Assembly: GCA_013265495.1 (NCBI GenBank)
Contig: MU058584.1
Coordinates: 4,904,508-4,968,507 of the forward strand
Direction: 5' to 3'
DNA: 64,000 nt
DNA from: Vicugna vicugna
Lineage: Eukaryota
Shown: positions 23,836-36,500 of the stretch, piece by piece
Numbering within the stretch: position 1 is the stretch's first letter
Layout of the letters: every line of letters begins with the position of its first letter
Made by a program: the position numbers and the translations under genes
The notes under the pieces: generated by a model
What the model was told of the DNA's origin: nothing
The model's database searches: none
Seen by the model: only the letters and a program-made list of their open reading frames with translations

Positions 23836-24462
23836 ACTTCACTAAACGGCCTTGATTAAGGGGAAAAGAACTACGTTTTTGAAAGTCGTGTAAATTTGGA
23901 CAAAATTGCTGTCTTTGTTCCTTTGGGCTGAGTGATCTCAATCAAGCTGTGTAAACCAGCAGAGCATCGGTTCTTCACCTTTTAAGCAGGGTAAATAAAC
24001 CCCCCATATGATGCCACAGTAAGGAAAAAGTGCCTAGAATGTGGGTGGTGGGCTGTCCACTCACGACCATTTTCTTCTTTCAGGACAGCAAAGCAGAAGG
24101 ACTTTCAGGAGGGCTTGGCAAGTCCCCTTTGAGACCCACACTCAGCCTGGAAGGGCAGTTGGGCTGCCATCTTCCAGACAAACAACCCACCAAAAATGAC
24201 CTTCGGAAACCTCACGCAGTAAGGGGCTGGCTCCGGCTCCTTCTCACACCACGCAGCTGTGCCCAAGCCCTTGGAGGAGGAGCTGGCTTGTGTCTTTGAC
24301 TTTTAAGAGAGTGAGCTGCAGTGCCTGGAAACCCACATATGTGAAGTCACAGCACAGAAGTCCGCTGTGCTCCCCACAAGGCTGTTTTTTCTTTCTCTCT
24401 GTTCTGTGGCACTTCCAGTCTCTACAGCAGAGGGGTTGTGGGCAGGAGCCTGCGACGTGGGC

Positions 24463-24540
24463 TTTTTTTTTTTTTTTTTAAGTGAAGTACAGTCAGTTAC
24501 AATGTGTCAGCTTCTGGTGTACAGCACAATGTTCCGATCA
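24463..24540 (-). mobile_element. Very short L1 3' terminus with poly(A)
   Basis: Poly-T then 'aagtgaagtacagtcagttacaatgtgtcagcttctggtgtacagcacaatg'. Confidence 0.8.
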
Positions 24541-25002
24541 TGCCTGGGCCTTTTCATCTGGAAAGCCCAGCAGAGACCAAGGCGGGCCACGGGCATTTCC
24601 ACCAGCTTTAACTGCACTGTTTAGTGCAGTGATCAGTAGTTACAAGGCATTTGGCTGAAAGTTTACCTCTTTAGGTTTTACCACTTCTTATGGAACTGCC
24701 TTGTATAGAGACTTTCTTATCTTCAAGGACAAGCTCAAGTCCCACCTGACTCTGTGGAGTTTCCTTGTCCCACCCACTACAAACAATTGTCAGCCTCTGT
24801 AATTAACTCATCTTGGTTCTTCTTGATCTTTAGTTTCACTTGACTGTCTCTGAGTATTAACAGGGAGCTCCTGGCAGGTTACCTACCACCCTATTCTTTC
24901 CTTGTTGAGTGCCTAGATCCTAGCTGACATCTAGTAGATGACTTTTGAACTGAATGGTTGTGTGTGCTGGCCTGGCTTTGTACTTTTGCATATAATAGTA
25001 TT

Positions 25003-25031
25003 GTTCCAGAACTTTCCTTCCAGAACTTTCT
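25003..25031. promoter_or_regulatory. Two adjacent perfect 3-unit heat-shock elements (14-bp tandem duplication)
   Basis: gTTCcaGAActTTCc / cTTCcaGAActTTCt; motif match only, function untested. Confidence 0.4.
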
Positions 25032-27129
25032 TCTGTTTATCTCAGAGGTTCCTAATCAAGCACTTATACTGAGGTCATTCCTTGACCTCTTTTTTTTTTT
25101 TCCCCTCCAAATACTGAGGCAGTCTAGCAGAGTGGAACAAAAGTGAGGTTGGGAGCAGGCAGACTTGGTTCAGAACACTGATTCTGCCGTGCTATTGCTG
25201 TGATCCTGGGTAAGTGGTTCACCATCTCGGAGTCTTGTTTCACATCTGTAAGATGGGGCTAGGACATCCAGACCTACTGATGGTGTTTCTGTGCAAATTT
25301 GGAAAGGGAACCCCCTGAAGCCTATGGACCCTTGGCTTGGCAAGCTTAGTGTGGCTGGATTTCAGGCTTCACTTGCTGCCTTGGCTGATACACCCTGCAA
25401 CCCTTTCAAAGTAGCTGTTAAAGGAGCTCACAGGGCTGCGCGAGGCTAAATGAGATCTCGTATGTAAAGAGCATACAGAAAGCAGAGAGTGGAGGTGTTT
25501 TATTTTTGGAGACCTGAATGAAAATAATACCGTGTGACTTTCACTGTATGTCCACTTTCCCTCCCACCATCCCCAGCCCTGTCGCCCCCAAGCTGTCTCT
25601 CAGTTCCACACCCATGGGACAATCCAGGGCAACACTGAATCATCAATAGTTTGTCACTGGAGTCCCATGTCTCCTCTTTGGGTATTGTGTCCTCACCCCA
25701 CCTTCACTTTAGGAGCCCTGTGCCCTCATTTTCTCTCCTTCCTCTTCTCCTTCCCCCAAAGAAATTCTATTTCTGAAAAGAAGCTGATTTCAGTAGTGTA
25801 AGCCTTTTCTTTCTTCTTACTGTCGACTGACAGGTTTTTCTCTGCTATTGGACATAGCTCTGGCTTTGCTAAATATACGTGGGAGCTGTTTGGGAAATGT
25901 GGACCCATTCCTGAGTCACAAGGTAGTTGCTTCTTCTGAGAAACAAGGCAGATCTGAAGATGGAGTTTAGAAGAGCTAGTATCATACTGGCTGCTGCAGA
26001 TTGCCCTGGATATCCCTGTAGAGACAAAATATTTTGATACATCTTTACCAGACCCTAAAATAAGCCAATAAACTTTAAACCAAGCAATGCGTGTACCAAC
26101 ATTCTTTCATTTCCCTGACCCGATCCTGTCACCCAGCCTGTGTTTCTCTTCCCCTCTTTTATTTCTGATTCTTCCAGCTTATCCTGAAAGAACACAGTCA
26201 GGATTGCTCACATCTTTGCCCTTGAAGCTCTTGTTTGCAGAACCTAGGAGAGAGAGTGGGAGGAGAGCTGATGCTAATTTCATCCTTGCTCCTTGACGTG
26301 TCCTGAATCCCAAGCAGGAGCCAAACTGAAGCACGCTGGGACAGAGGTTTCAAGACACTGGACTCTCTCAAATTTCACCAGAATCTTGAGGAGAGGGGGA
26401 TTGCTAATGGGATAGGAGATTGCAGAACTTCCTCCCGCAGGGACATAGAGGGCTGGCATTTTCGGCACTGAGTGACCCCGGGAACAAAACAAATCATGAA
26501 TAAAGACATGAAATGTTTACTACCCTTTAGCTAGCCACATTCATGCCTCTCCATTAAACTTATGCTACATTTTTGTTAGCTTACTGTCAGTGGAGCAGAA
26601 TGACTGCATATTGGGTCATGAAGGTGGATGATCTGGATGTGAATCTTGTCTTCTCCAGCTCCGTAGCTGTGTAAATGAGGGCCAATTACTTTATATTTTG
26701 ATATCTCAGGTTTCCTTTCAGCAAAATGGCACTTACTTTATCATTATGAAGGTTAAATGAAATGCGTGCCAAATGTCCAGCACAATACCTGCCATGCTGT
26801 AAAAGTGGTCATAATTTTTAGCTGGCTGTTAGTTCCGGAGATAACAGTGACCACAAAAAGGATTCCCTTTTAGCCTGGGGAAGGTTCATCTGAAACACAA
26901 AATATGATTTGAAATCTGGAAGAGGATTTCCCCTACTTTTCTGCAGCACAGCACCGTGGAATGAACTTCACTGGACTTGAATCCAAAGACCAATGTTTTT
27001 GAACCAATAGTTTGAACAAAATGGATGTTCACTCTGATCCTGTCTTTATTAGACTAGAATCCGGGCACTTCACCTAACAGGTTTTGGCCTCAGTTCCCTA
27101 ATCTGTGTAACAGAAAGATTGGATAAGAC

Positions 27130-27450
27130 TGCAAACTTATTTACAAAACAGAAACAGACTCACAGACATAGAGAACAAACTTATGGCTACCAAGGGGGAA
27201 GGGGGTGGGAAGGGATAAACTGGGAGTTCGAGATTTGCAGATACTAACTACTATATATAAAATAGATAAACAACAAGTTTTTATGGTATAGCACAGGGAG
27301 CTATACTCAATATCTTGTAGTAACTTACAATTAAAAAGAATATGAAAATGAATATATGTATGTTCCTATATGACTGAAGTATTATGCTATGCACCAGAAA
27401 CTAACACAACACTGTAAACTGACCATACTTCACCTAAAAAAATACAAAAA
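27130..27450 (+). mobile_element. Artiodactyl/camelid L1 3' UTR fragment
   Basis: 'aaacttatttacaaaacagaaacagactcacagacatagagaacaaacttatggctaccaagggggaa'; A-rich tail. Confidence 0.92.
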
Positions 27451-30400
27451 GAGTACCTCCTTTTCAATTACAAAGCCATGTTTTTCTTTGTTTCCACTCA
27501 GTGTTTCTGGCTCGAGGAAGGGTCTGAGTGCAGATTTTGATCCCGGTGGCTGCTTGGCACGTTGGTCAGTAGCTGGAAGGTCTGGGTTGCTGCCCCTTTT
27601 GTCTTTGATGACTCACGTTTAAATCAGCAGATTTATTTCAAGGATATTTCCATATCCTTGCCTGTGCAGGTGGCTTTACAACAGCACTAGGGCTTCCTAG
27701 GTCGATGGTTCGGTGTGGACAACTTACTCCAGACAGAAACCAAAGGCCTGGCTGGGTCTCTTAAATGCTGCCTAGTACGTCTTGTTCCTTAGCTCTTGAG
27801 AAATCTAAAGTCTTAGACAGTGAATTCCAGGCGTCTAATCTTACCCCAAAGTTGTGCTCCTGGACAATATACTCTGCTGAGTTAGTCATACTGATCACCA
27901 TTCTAAAGGTTCAGACAGTTACTTTGTGGAGATAGATTCGTCTATAGGTAATGGTCTGTGTGAAATTAGTCTACGTGCACTAACTTCCTATAAGACATAA
28001 TTAAGACGTCATGTAAACAAGTAGAGTGGAACAGACATACAGCCCACTGAGCCCTGGAGTCGTGTATGGTAGAAATTCCTTCACTCTGCGGTCAAATGGC
28101 CTCCAAAGAAGTCATGGCCACACCTGGGCATGAGGTGAAGGGATCAGTGGAATTTGGCCTTGTTTTCGGGCACAGAGAATGTTTACTGGTGAGGAAGCAT
28201 ACAGATGCGGTGCTGACTGTGTCACCCTGAATTCCCTCCCCAGGGCAATTCTGGGCGATAGTATCTCAGTTTCCTCCAAGAAGCCACTATAGCAAATAGT
28301 CACCCTATTGCTGCCCCAGATGGTTGACCCCAGAGTGGACAGAGTGGACTGGGAGGGATATCGGGAGCCACACAACTAGAGGCTTTCAGGGGCTCTTGCA
28401 GTCACCCCCTTACAGCAAGGTCAGACCGCTCTGTGCACATTGGCTTTGGGGAACATGGACCCAGAAGTTCAAAGAAGATGCACTTTTCTTGTCAGTCTGG
28501 TTGAGAAAGCTCTCCCAGGATGATAGCATCGTTTGTGTTGGCTTTTTAAACCTTGAGCGATACAAAGGCATCTTCAGGTGACTGTCTTCAAAAATAAAAA
28601 CTTCCGGGCAACTGGTTACTTTCAGAATACATGGATATATGGCTTCTCGGTGTGTTCATTGCATGTAGTAACTCAGATGTCTGCTATGATTTCAGATATG
28701 ATTCACCTCAAACCATTTTATGTGGTTGTCCAATGCCTTTCCTAGGATTTCTGTAATTTCACAAAGGGCTGAGTTTTGCAGTCATCTGTGGCTCTGATCT
28801 TCTGCTGTTACTGTTTAGTTTCTAGATTATGGTTTATGTATAGCTGCTGTTCCACACTGGTTAGCATGGCTAAGGGAACTCAGCTCTGTCCTTTGATTTG
28901 ACTCACAGACACAGCCACACACACAACCTTTGTCTAGCAGACTCTCCCCAAAAACTGAAGGCTGAAAGAAAGGGCACAGAAGCGTGGCATTTACTTTGAG
29001 CATAATAAAGAGTTCAAATTCATTATGAAATGCTTTTGTTATTAAAGATCCTTTGGACAGTCTGCCCTCTTACTTGGCCATCCTCTCTCTCCCGTTGCTT
29101 CCTGTTTATTTTGTTAGTTTGGTTATTCTAGCTCCTCATACACTTGGGGCTTCACCTTCGTCCCCAGTGATTCCCCAGGCACGGCTCCATTTCTATGGGG
29201 ATTCTGATGCCAAATGTTCAGCTCGTACCCATGCCTACCGGCACGCACTACATATATAACATTGAGAAGAGTCTTAGCCCAGAGCTGGTTTCTGATCTAT
29301 TGTTTCTAATCTGGTTTCTGAGCAGTAAAATAAGGGTGAGTAGAGTTACAATGCTCCCATCTATTTATCTCCAGACTGTTTTGTTAGAACCTTTCAAAGA
29401 GCTGATCACCTTGTACAGCCATGTACCTTCATGACTGGAGTGGGTTACCTTTGACATCTCACTAATTCTTAGTCACTGTCTTCTTATCCCTCTCTCGTAT
29501 GCCAACTGATAGCCCTTCTGGAATTCTGCCATCTGCTTTTATTCCCAAGGGTGAAGCTCAGGACTCACCTCCCCTTTACATTCTTCCCTGCTTCCACTTA
29601 GAGGAAGCCCACGCTGACCCCTTCCTCCATCACCTTCCCTCCTCTGGGCTCTACACTCTCAGATGCCTTTGAGGCAGGTTGTGTGTGTCCATGGTCTCGG
29701 GTGGATGGATGGCTGGATGTCTGAGAACGCTAAGGCCAGCTAACTGCCATTTTCCTGGGTCACCCTTCCACCGAAAAGTGCTCCTGCATGGGGCACTTTT
29801 TCATGGAAACTTTCTTTTACCTTCAATTTATCAATTAGTAAGAACTTGTTGAGAATTCACTGAATTTTAGTAACAGATGCTGTAAATTATTATATTTTCT
29901 CTTATATCGATGTCTCCATGATATTTTTAGTCCTATTTTAAATCTGAACTAATCAGGGATTTAAACTGTTTTGGGTGAGTGTAATTTAAATGTTTAATTC
30001 TGCTACGTGATACTCACATAGAGTTTCTAGAAACTCAGCCGCAAGTTCTTATTTTGATCCTGGGGGACAATCTCATTAGATTTTACATTTGCTAAGAATA
30101 AACTGATATGAACACTTAAAATAGTCTAGTGTCCTCCCCCAAGCCGTGTAGAGGGGAGTTGAGTCACTGCAAGGGAAAGTCCACATCTCAAGTGTTATTA
30201 TGGTCAGAGAGGGGGTAAATACCACATCTTCATCACTTCAGAGCAGCTCCGAACTTCAGAAGTCTCTGCTGAACAGGGCTTGTGGGAGAGCTGGGCTCCA
30301 GGGCAGGGCTGGTGTGTGACCTTGCGTGGCCTATTGTCCTGGGTCCCAGGCTTCCTTTCCATCTCGCTGTTGAGGAAAGAGATGGCTTTCCGAGATCTGT

Positions 30401-31009
30401 GATGCGGTAGATTTGGGGTGGGGGAGCGCAGGAAATACCCATCACTTCAAATAGCCCTAGACAAAGAAACCACTACAATGGAACAATAGTTTATTTCTCC
30501 CATCAGATGGGTGCTTAGCCGAGAACTGGACTGGAGGCAAGTGGTGGTAGCCGGGGCAGCGGTGGTCGAGGGGGTGGCTGAGGGGCCATGTTCCAAACTC
30601 ACTGTCAAAGTGAGGGTGACAAGTGAAGTGCTGGGGCTGGTGGCTGAGGAAATGGGAGGAAGGAAATATGGGCTGGGGAAGTGGAAGGAGGTGTGTTCTC
30701 CGGGGGTTTGAGACGATTTTCTGGGAGGAAGACGACTTTCTCCCCTTTGCCACAGGCTGCTGGGTGGTGGAGAGGGAGGAGGAAGCTGGGCTGTAGCATC
30801 AGTGTGGGGAAGGGTCAGGAGCACATCAGGGCCTGTCATTGGTGAAGGGGCTGGATGCACGTCAGGGCCACAGAGGAACAAGCGTGTCATCCTCAGATCA
30901 CACATGTGGAACCTGACTTGGGCCGCAGACACCGGTAACTAATTGAATATACTCAGCTGATCTAGAGAGCCCTGCAGGGGGAGACTCCAATGCACTGAAT
31001 CAGATTTTA

Positions 31010-31285
31010 GTTCTGATGATCACAGCTTCACTGTCACTTCTTCCAGGAGCCCTCCCCGGACCCCTGACATAATTTCCTGGACATACCCACACTATGAACA
31101 GCTATAATATTCCTTCTTAGCACACATGGCTACAATCAGTCAATTCTACATTCATTGGGTTGATGTCTATCAGTCAGCTGGACAATTAGGCCCCATGAAA
31201 GCAGGAATTGTATCTGATCCACTCACCACTGTCTTTCAAAGCCTGGGCCGGTTTAATAATTACTTGTTGGGTGAATGAATACATA
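31010..31285 (+). mobile_element. L2 3' fragment
   Basis: 'tgtcacttcttccaggagccctcccc...taattacttgttgggtgaatgaat'. Confidence 0.6.
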
Positions 31286-32534
31286 AATATAGGTACATCA
31301 AGCCCTGGCGGTGTGAGGAGAGGACATGAAGAGCTGGCCACAGGCCCACGCCCCAAGGGGCGTGCAGGCTGGTGGTGAAGCAATGCCGGGAACAACACAG
31401 CACAATGGGAATGGGCCCCAGGAGAGGAGCAAAGAGGGTTTGGGAAGAGATGGCAATTAGAAATACCTTGTTTACAACCATCCTTTAGAGCCTCCAAAAA
31501 ATCTAATTCATCAGTCTTTACAACGAGGCTGTGAGGGATGCATGAGGGGTGAACATCATTATTTCCTTTTTTACACAAGGGAAACCAGTAATCAAAGATG
31601 GTTTGAGATTTGCCCAAAGTGTTGGTGTCAAGCGTTACTCCTGTACACTGATTTCTCACTCCTTTGGAGACAGGTCTTGAGGAATGAGAGGATATTGACC
31701 ATCAGAAATTAGTGGAAGGAATGGAAATAGAGCCACCCGCAGAGGAGAGAATGTTAGTAAAATCACAGCTGTTGAACATTCCAGGATGTGGGAAGATCAG
31801 GGAACATTCTAGAAGGCAGCATAGACCATCTAGCCCAGGCCTTTTTTTTTTTTTTAAATAAAATGAAGAAACTGAAGCCTATAGAGATGAAGTGGTCTGT
31901 TCCACAGGCCCAGAGCTCTTACTGTGAGAGAGATTAGCTAGAAGCTAGAAGCAGGTCTTTGGTCTTTTAGAAAATTATATCTACTCCATAGGATGAGTCC
32001 TGTGAAGGGGGTTCCATCATTATCTCTAGTTGGGGAAATTGAACTTTGGGAGGCTAAGCAGCTTGTCTAAGTTTACCTGCCACCGACTCGGGGAGATGGG
32101 ACTTAATCTGGGTCTTGGATGATCCAAGGTCTGCGCTCTTAACTGCTCAGTCATGCTCCTCCCAGGTCTGTTGTTGGGAAACATGGGGAAAGTACTGGGT
32201 ACAAGAGCCAGCAGCAGCTGGAGCTGCCATCTGCATCTGATGACCTTGACTTGAAAGACGGGGCTCCTCTTCCTTCTTACTCTAGAGAGTTAGTGTAATC
32301 TTAAGGGCTTAGAAAAGGCCCCTGATTTTGAAATAAGGACTGTGTCCCATCTTTCAGCTGGTATCAGGAATTCTTATTTCGCAAGAGACGGCTTAAACAT
32401 CCCTCTGAACAAAGGCAACTCACTAACTTGTGAGTTTATTAGCTTTAATTGTAAACCCACGTTGAGTTTGAGGTAGGGATGGTGAATGAATGCTAGGACC
32501 TACAAGCAACAGTAATGTTGGTTAGCATGCATTC

Positions 32535-32748
32535 TGGGCTGCCCCAGGGCCAGGCCCAGGGTACACATATGTTGCCTTGTGTAATCCTTCAGACCCTTTC
32601 TGGGGTATGTTCTGCTTTTACTTCCATTTGAAAATGAGGCAATGGAGGGGTAGAGAGCTGAGGATGCTTGCCTAGAGTTACAAAGCCAGGCAGTGGTGGA
32701 TCTAAGGTGTGAACCCACGCAGGCTGTCCACCCTCTTAACCACTATGT
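32535..32748 (-). mobile_element. MIR SINE
   Basis: 'ccatttgaaaatgaggcaatggaggggtagagagctgaggatgcttgcctagagttaca...ctcttaaccactatg'. Confidence 0.75.
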
Positions 32749-33245
32749 GGGTCCAGAGCCCAGGATGGGTCATGGGAGGTTTTACTACGCCTGACAATCA
32801 GAGACATTAGTAAGAAATGGAAACAGCCTATTAGGTCAGTAAGCTTTTGATATTACTCTGCTTCTAACCCTGACATGGGAAATTGTGGCATTGTTTTATT
32901 TTCAGGGGGCTTTTGGGGTCTAGTTTACGAAGTCTAGAATAGCGTGGAAAGTCCTGCCACTTTATCTTACACGCTTGCAAAACCTCACGCCATTTACCCT
33001 CAGATTCAAACTTGGCCTCTAGTTGTTGCTTTCAGTCAAAAACTGCCTACTGTCGGAATCTCTGTTCGGTGGTTGTGGATTTCTGGGATTCAATTTCCAG
33101 TGGTCTATCGAAGCACTCGTTTGCAGTTGGTTGATGTCACTTGCTGGGTTATGGCTTTACTAGAGTGAACATAAGCCCGTCGATGTTTCAGCATCATTTA
33201 GCAGGCATCTCCTGTGTCCGAAAGTTGTGAGGGATTTAATTACCT

Positions 33246-33330
33246 GGAAGGAAAGAAGGAAGGATGGTAAGAAAGAATGAAGGAAGGAAGGAAGGAAAGA
33301 AAGAAGAATGGAAGGAAAGAGGAGAAGGGA
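33246..33330. repeat. (GAAG)n-type purine-rich low-complexity repeat
   Basis: ggaaggaaagaaggaagg...gaaggaaggaaggaaggaaagaaagaag. Confidence 0.9.
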
Positions 33331-34509
33331 CATTGTCTTGAAAGGTTGAATGTCAAGTGGGGACTAAAAGAGATGGCTGACCTGAGGTTAGAGCACTTGG
33401 ATAAGGTCCCCAGCATCCTCAAGCGTTCACCTGCTGCTTGGAGATTTGTGGCATCGTATAAAGCCCTTGACATGTGGATGTCAGCAATGTCCAGTTAACC
33501 TGCAGTGGCAAGCTGTCTGCAACAGGGTCGATAGCTGAGGTGGGTCTGGCCCTAGTCAAGAGTAGATGGCTTTTTGTAATAGTTGTGATAGCTATCGGAT
33601 TTTTGTGATAGCAAGCAGATGGCTCTGAGCTTATGCTAAAAATAAAAGTACTGTCAAACACTAAGGGACTTCAAAGTCCTACAAGAATGGAGTGTACTTG
33701 TGGGAAATGGCCATTTCCTGTCATGCATTAGAGGGTTTAGAGACGGACTGACTGCAGTGTGAGCAGGGTGGGGGCCAGTTCGAACGCTATTTCACATGGG
33801 GAGTGGAGAGGCATCGTGGAGTCTGCTCCTCAATGCAGAGGAGCACTATGGGTATTGACTTGGCCACTTCAGGATCCTAAACTTTGCTCAAGCCACTTCC
33901 TTTGGTTGTGAAGCCCTTTTCTTAAAACATCATTTAATAAAATCCTACTCAAAGCAATTCACTGCTTCCTTTCTTTCTCCATCTTCCTCATTATACTGTG
34001 GTCCCCCTGTAGACCTGGGGCTGTGACTCTCACTCAGAGTTTCCAGGATTTAACACAGACCACTTAAGAAGGTCTTAAATAAAGAAGGCTTCCTCCAGAG
34101 CCCTGCATCCCCTCATTCTCTTGCCTAATCAAGAATATCGCTTCCTGTTGTTTCTTCTCTTTCTTGCACCAAATAAATGAGCCCGTTCTCCCAGAGTTTG
34201 TCCTTGTCTGTAGCCACTGCTCCTGCTACCCCAGCGCCCTCCACTGCTCCCCAGTGTCCTGACTGGAGGGAGAGTCTCTTATCCCAGCATGAGGGGCAGA
34301 GAACCTCATTACCAGTGATTCCATTGGTGTAACGGGGTGATGTGAGCACTTGGCCTGGAGGAGTCAAGGAAGCCAGAGGGGAAATGATGTCTTGGCTTGT
34401 CTAGTTCTCAGACTATAATTAAAAAAACAAACAAACAAAAAAAACTGCTGGCTGGGTCTTTGGCTTGGTTTCTTATAGTCACCAGGAGAGTACAAAGAGC
34501 CAGATGAAG

Positions 34510-35880
34510 TCTCCACCTGCTTCCGTCACCATGTCTCCCAATCTACCTTTCCTTCTGTAGAGGAAACATCTCTGCTTCTACCTAAGCCCAGCCTCCCTCC
34601 AGGGCTTGGACCCCACCTGCTCCTGCCCCATCAAGGGACTCAGTCCAGCTTTGTTTCTGCTCTCCCTTGCGTCTTTCTTTCTCTTCTGGATTTTCCAATC
34701 GACACCCAATATGCTGTGCTATCTCTTATCTAAAAATAAATTTCTCTTGAACACATATGTTCCTTGAACTACGGGCCCAATTCTCTGCTCCTCTTTGTGG
34801 CTAAACTCTTCAAAAGGATTATCTCTTCCAGCTATCTTCACTTCCTTTTTTCACTTCTTCTCTTGAACACATTACAATCAAGTTTCTTTTTCCTTCATCA
34901 AAGAATAATGAAAAACAAAACAAAAACCTGCTTTTGTTGAGGTCACCAACAGCTGGAATGATGATTTATCTTATTTTGTTCAGATCAGTCCTGATTTAGG
35001 CCTGTTGTCCTGACATGTTTTAATTATTGAAAGCTTCTTCCTTCACTCTCAAAAAGTGTTCTGATTTGGACCAAGATTATATGATCACTTTACCAACCAA
35101 TGACTTCTTTATTCCAAATCCAATGGTCAATTCTCATTTTCACTCCCCTTCATAAGGTGCATCTCATCAGCTTACTGCACTCTTTCTTGTTCCAGAAATG
35201 CTGCCTCCCTTAGCCTCAGGGCACCACGTTCTCTTCCTTTTCCTCTCACCTCACTGGTGGCTGTTTTTCAGTCTCCTTTGGGGTTCTCGGATTTCTTTTC
35301 TGACCATTTTCTGTCCCTTGGTGACCTCATCTAATTTCATAGTTGATGATGGCCAAAATTATATTTCATACCTGGACCTGTCCTCTGCACTCCCACTTAA
35401 TCTTTCCTTGGATTTCTTACAGGCATATCAACCTTAGCATATCAAAAACCCACTCCTGATTTCCTCCCCAAACTTACTCTCCTTTTGTCTTCCTCATCTC
35501 AGTAAATGTCAGCTTCTTTCTGTAACTTCCTTGGGCCCAAATCCTGGAACCATCCTTACTTCCTCACTTTCTCTCATACCTCCATTGAATACATCAGTAA
35601 GTCTGTCAACTTAAAACTCAAAATTTACCCAAAATAAGAACTTTCTTTTTTTCTCCATCTTTACCACTATTTCTATAGTCCGGGCCAACATCATAGTTTA
35701 CCGCTTTGTTTTGGTCGCTTGCCAATTGGTCTTCCTGTGTCTACCTTGCCGCTCACTCATTCAGACTCTAGTGGCTACACAGAAACAGCCTGAGTGATTC
35801 TTATGATGGCCTATGAGACCCTCCATGGCCTGGCCTGGTACCCCTCTGACCTCATAGCCCCCTGCTCTCCTCCTGGCCCA
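34510..35880 (+). mobile_element. L2 LINE interrupted by MER94
   Basis: L2 motifs 'ccaaatccaatggtcaattctc', 'gttgatgatggccaaaattatatttc', 'tcttcctcatctcagtaaatg'. Confidence 0.78.
34958..35092 (-). mobile_element. MER94 hAT-Blackjack MITE
   Basis: 'ttcactctcaaaaagtgttctgatttggaccaagattatatgatcacttta' matches the reverse complement of the recalled MER94 5' end. Confidence 0.72.
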
Positions 35881-35959
35881 CTTAATGGCCCTTTTTTTTT
35901 TTCTTTTGAGGTAGGGGGAAGGCTTTTTCTTACTAATTGTATGACGTGGATTTTTCAGG

Positions 35960-36500
35960 ATACTAATTTTTGTGTGTTACATGGGTGACAAATATTTCTC
36001 CCATATGGTGGTTTGTGTCTTTGCCCTCTTTATAGATCTTTACATGAACAAAAGTTGTTAATTTTAATGTTATTAAAATTAGCAATCTTTTTCTTTATGG
36101 TTTTAGCTTTTGTGGTTTTAGTCATAAATATCGTCTACGTTTTCTTCTAAAAGTTTTCTTTAAGGTTTTTTTATTCACATTGAAGTCTTTAATCCATCTG
36201 TAATTTTTATTATTGGATTTTATTATTTTTTTTATTATTTCATTTTCCCCTGTCTAGTTAAGCAATAATTTCAGAATTGTTTATTAATTGTTTATCTGTA
36301 ATGCTCTGTCAGTCATAGATTAAGTCGGTCTGTTTCTAGGCTCTTTGTTCAGTTTCATGGGTCGTTTTGTCTGTTCCTTCCCCAACATCCCTCTGTCTTA
36401 ATTACCTACCTTTAAACAAGAGTTAATCTCCATCTTCTGGGATATGTCCCCATGCTTCTCCTTGTCATGTTTCTTCATCTAATTCAGTAGTGGTGTCTAT
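35960..36500 (-). mobile_element. Old L1M ORF2 fragment
   Basis: 'acaaatatttctcccat...aagttgttaattttaatg...ttcacattgaagtctttaatccatctg'. Confidence 0.72.

Noticed and set aside
30021..30036. Perfect 16-bp palindrome GAGTTTCTAGAAACTC
   Set aside because: About one is expected by chance in 64 kb (64000/4^8).
30447..30932. 161-aa Ser/Thr/Pro-rich ORF as a mucin-like protein
   Set aside because: Non-ATG start, composition explained by the C-rich strand, no tandem repeats and no clear splice sites.
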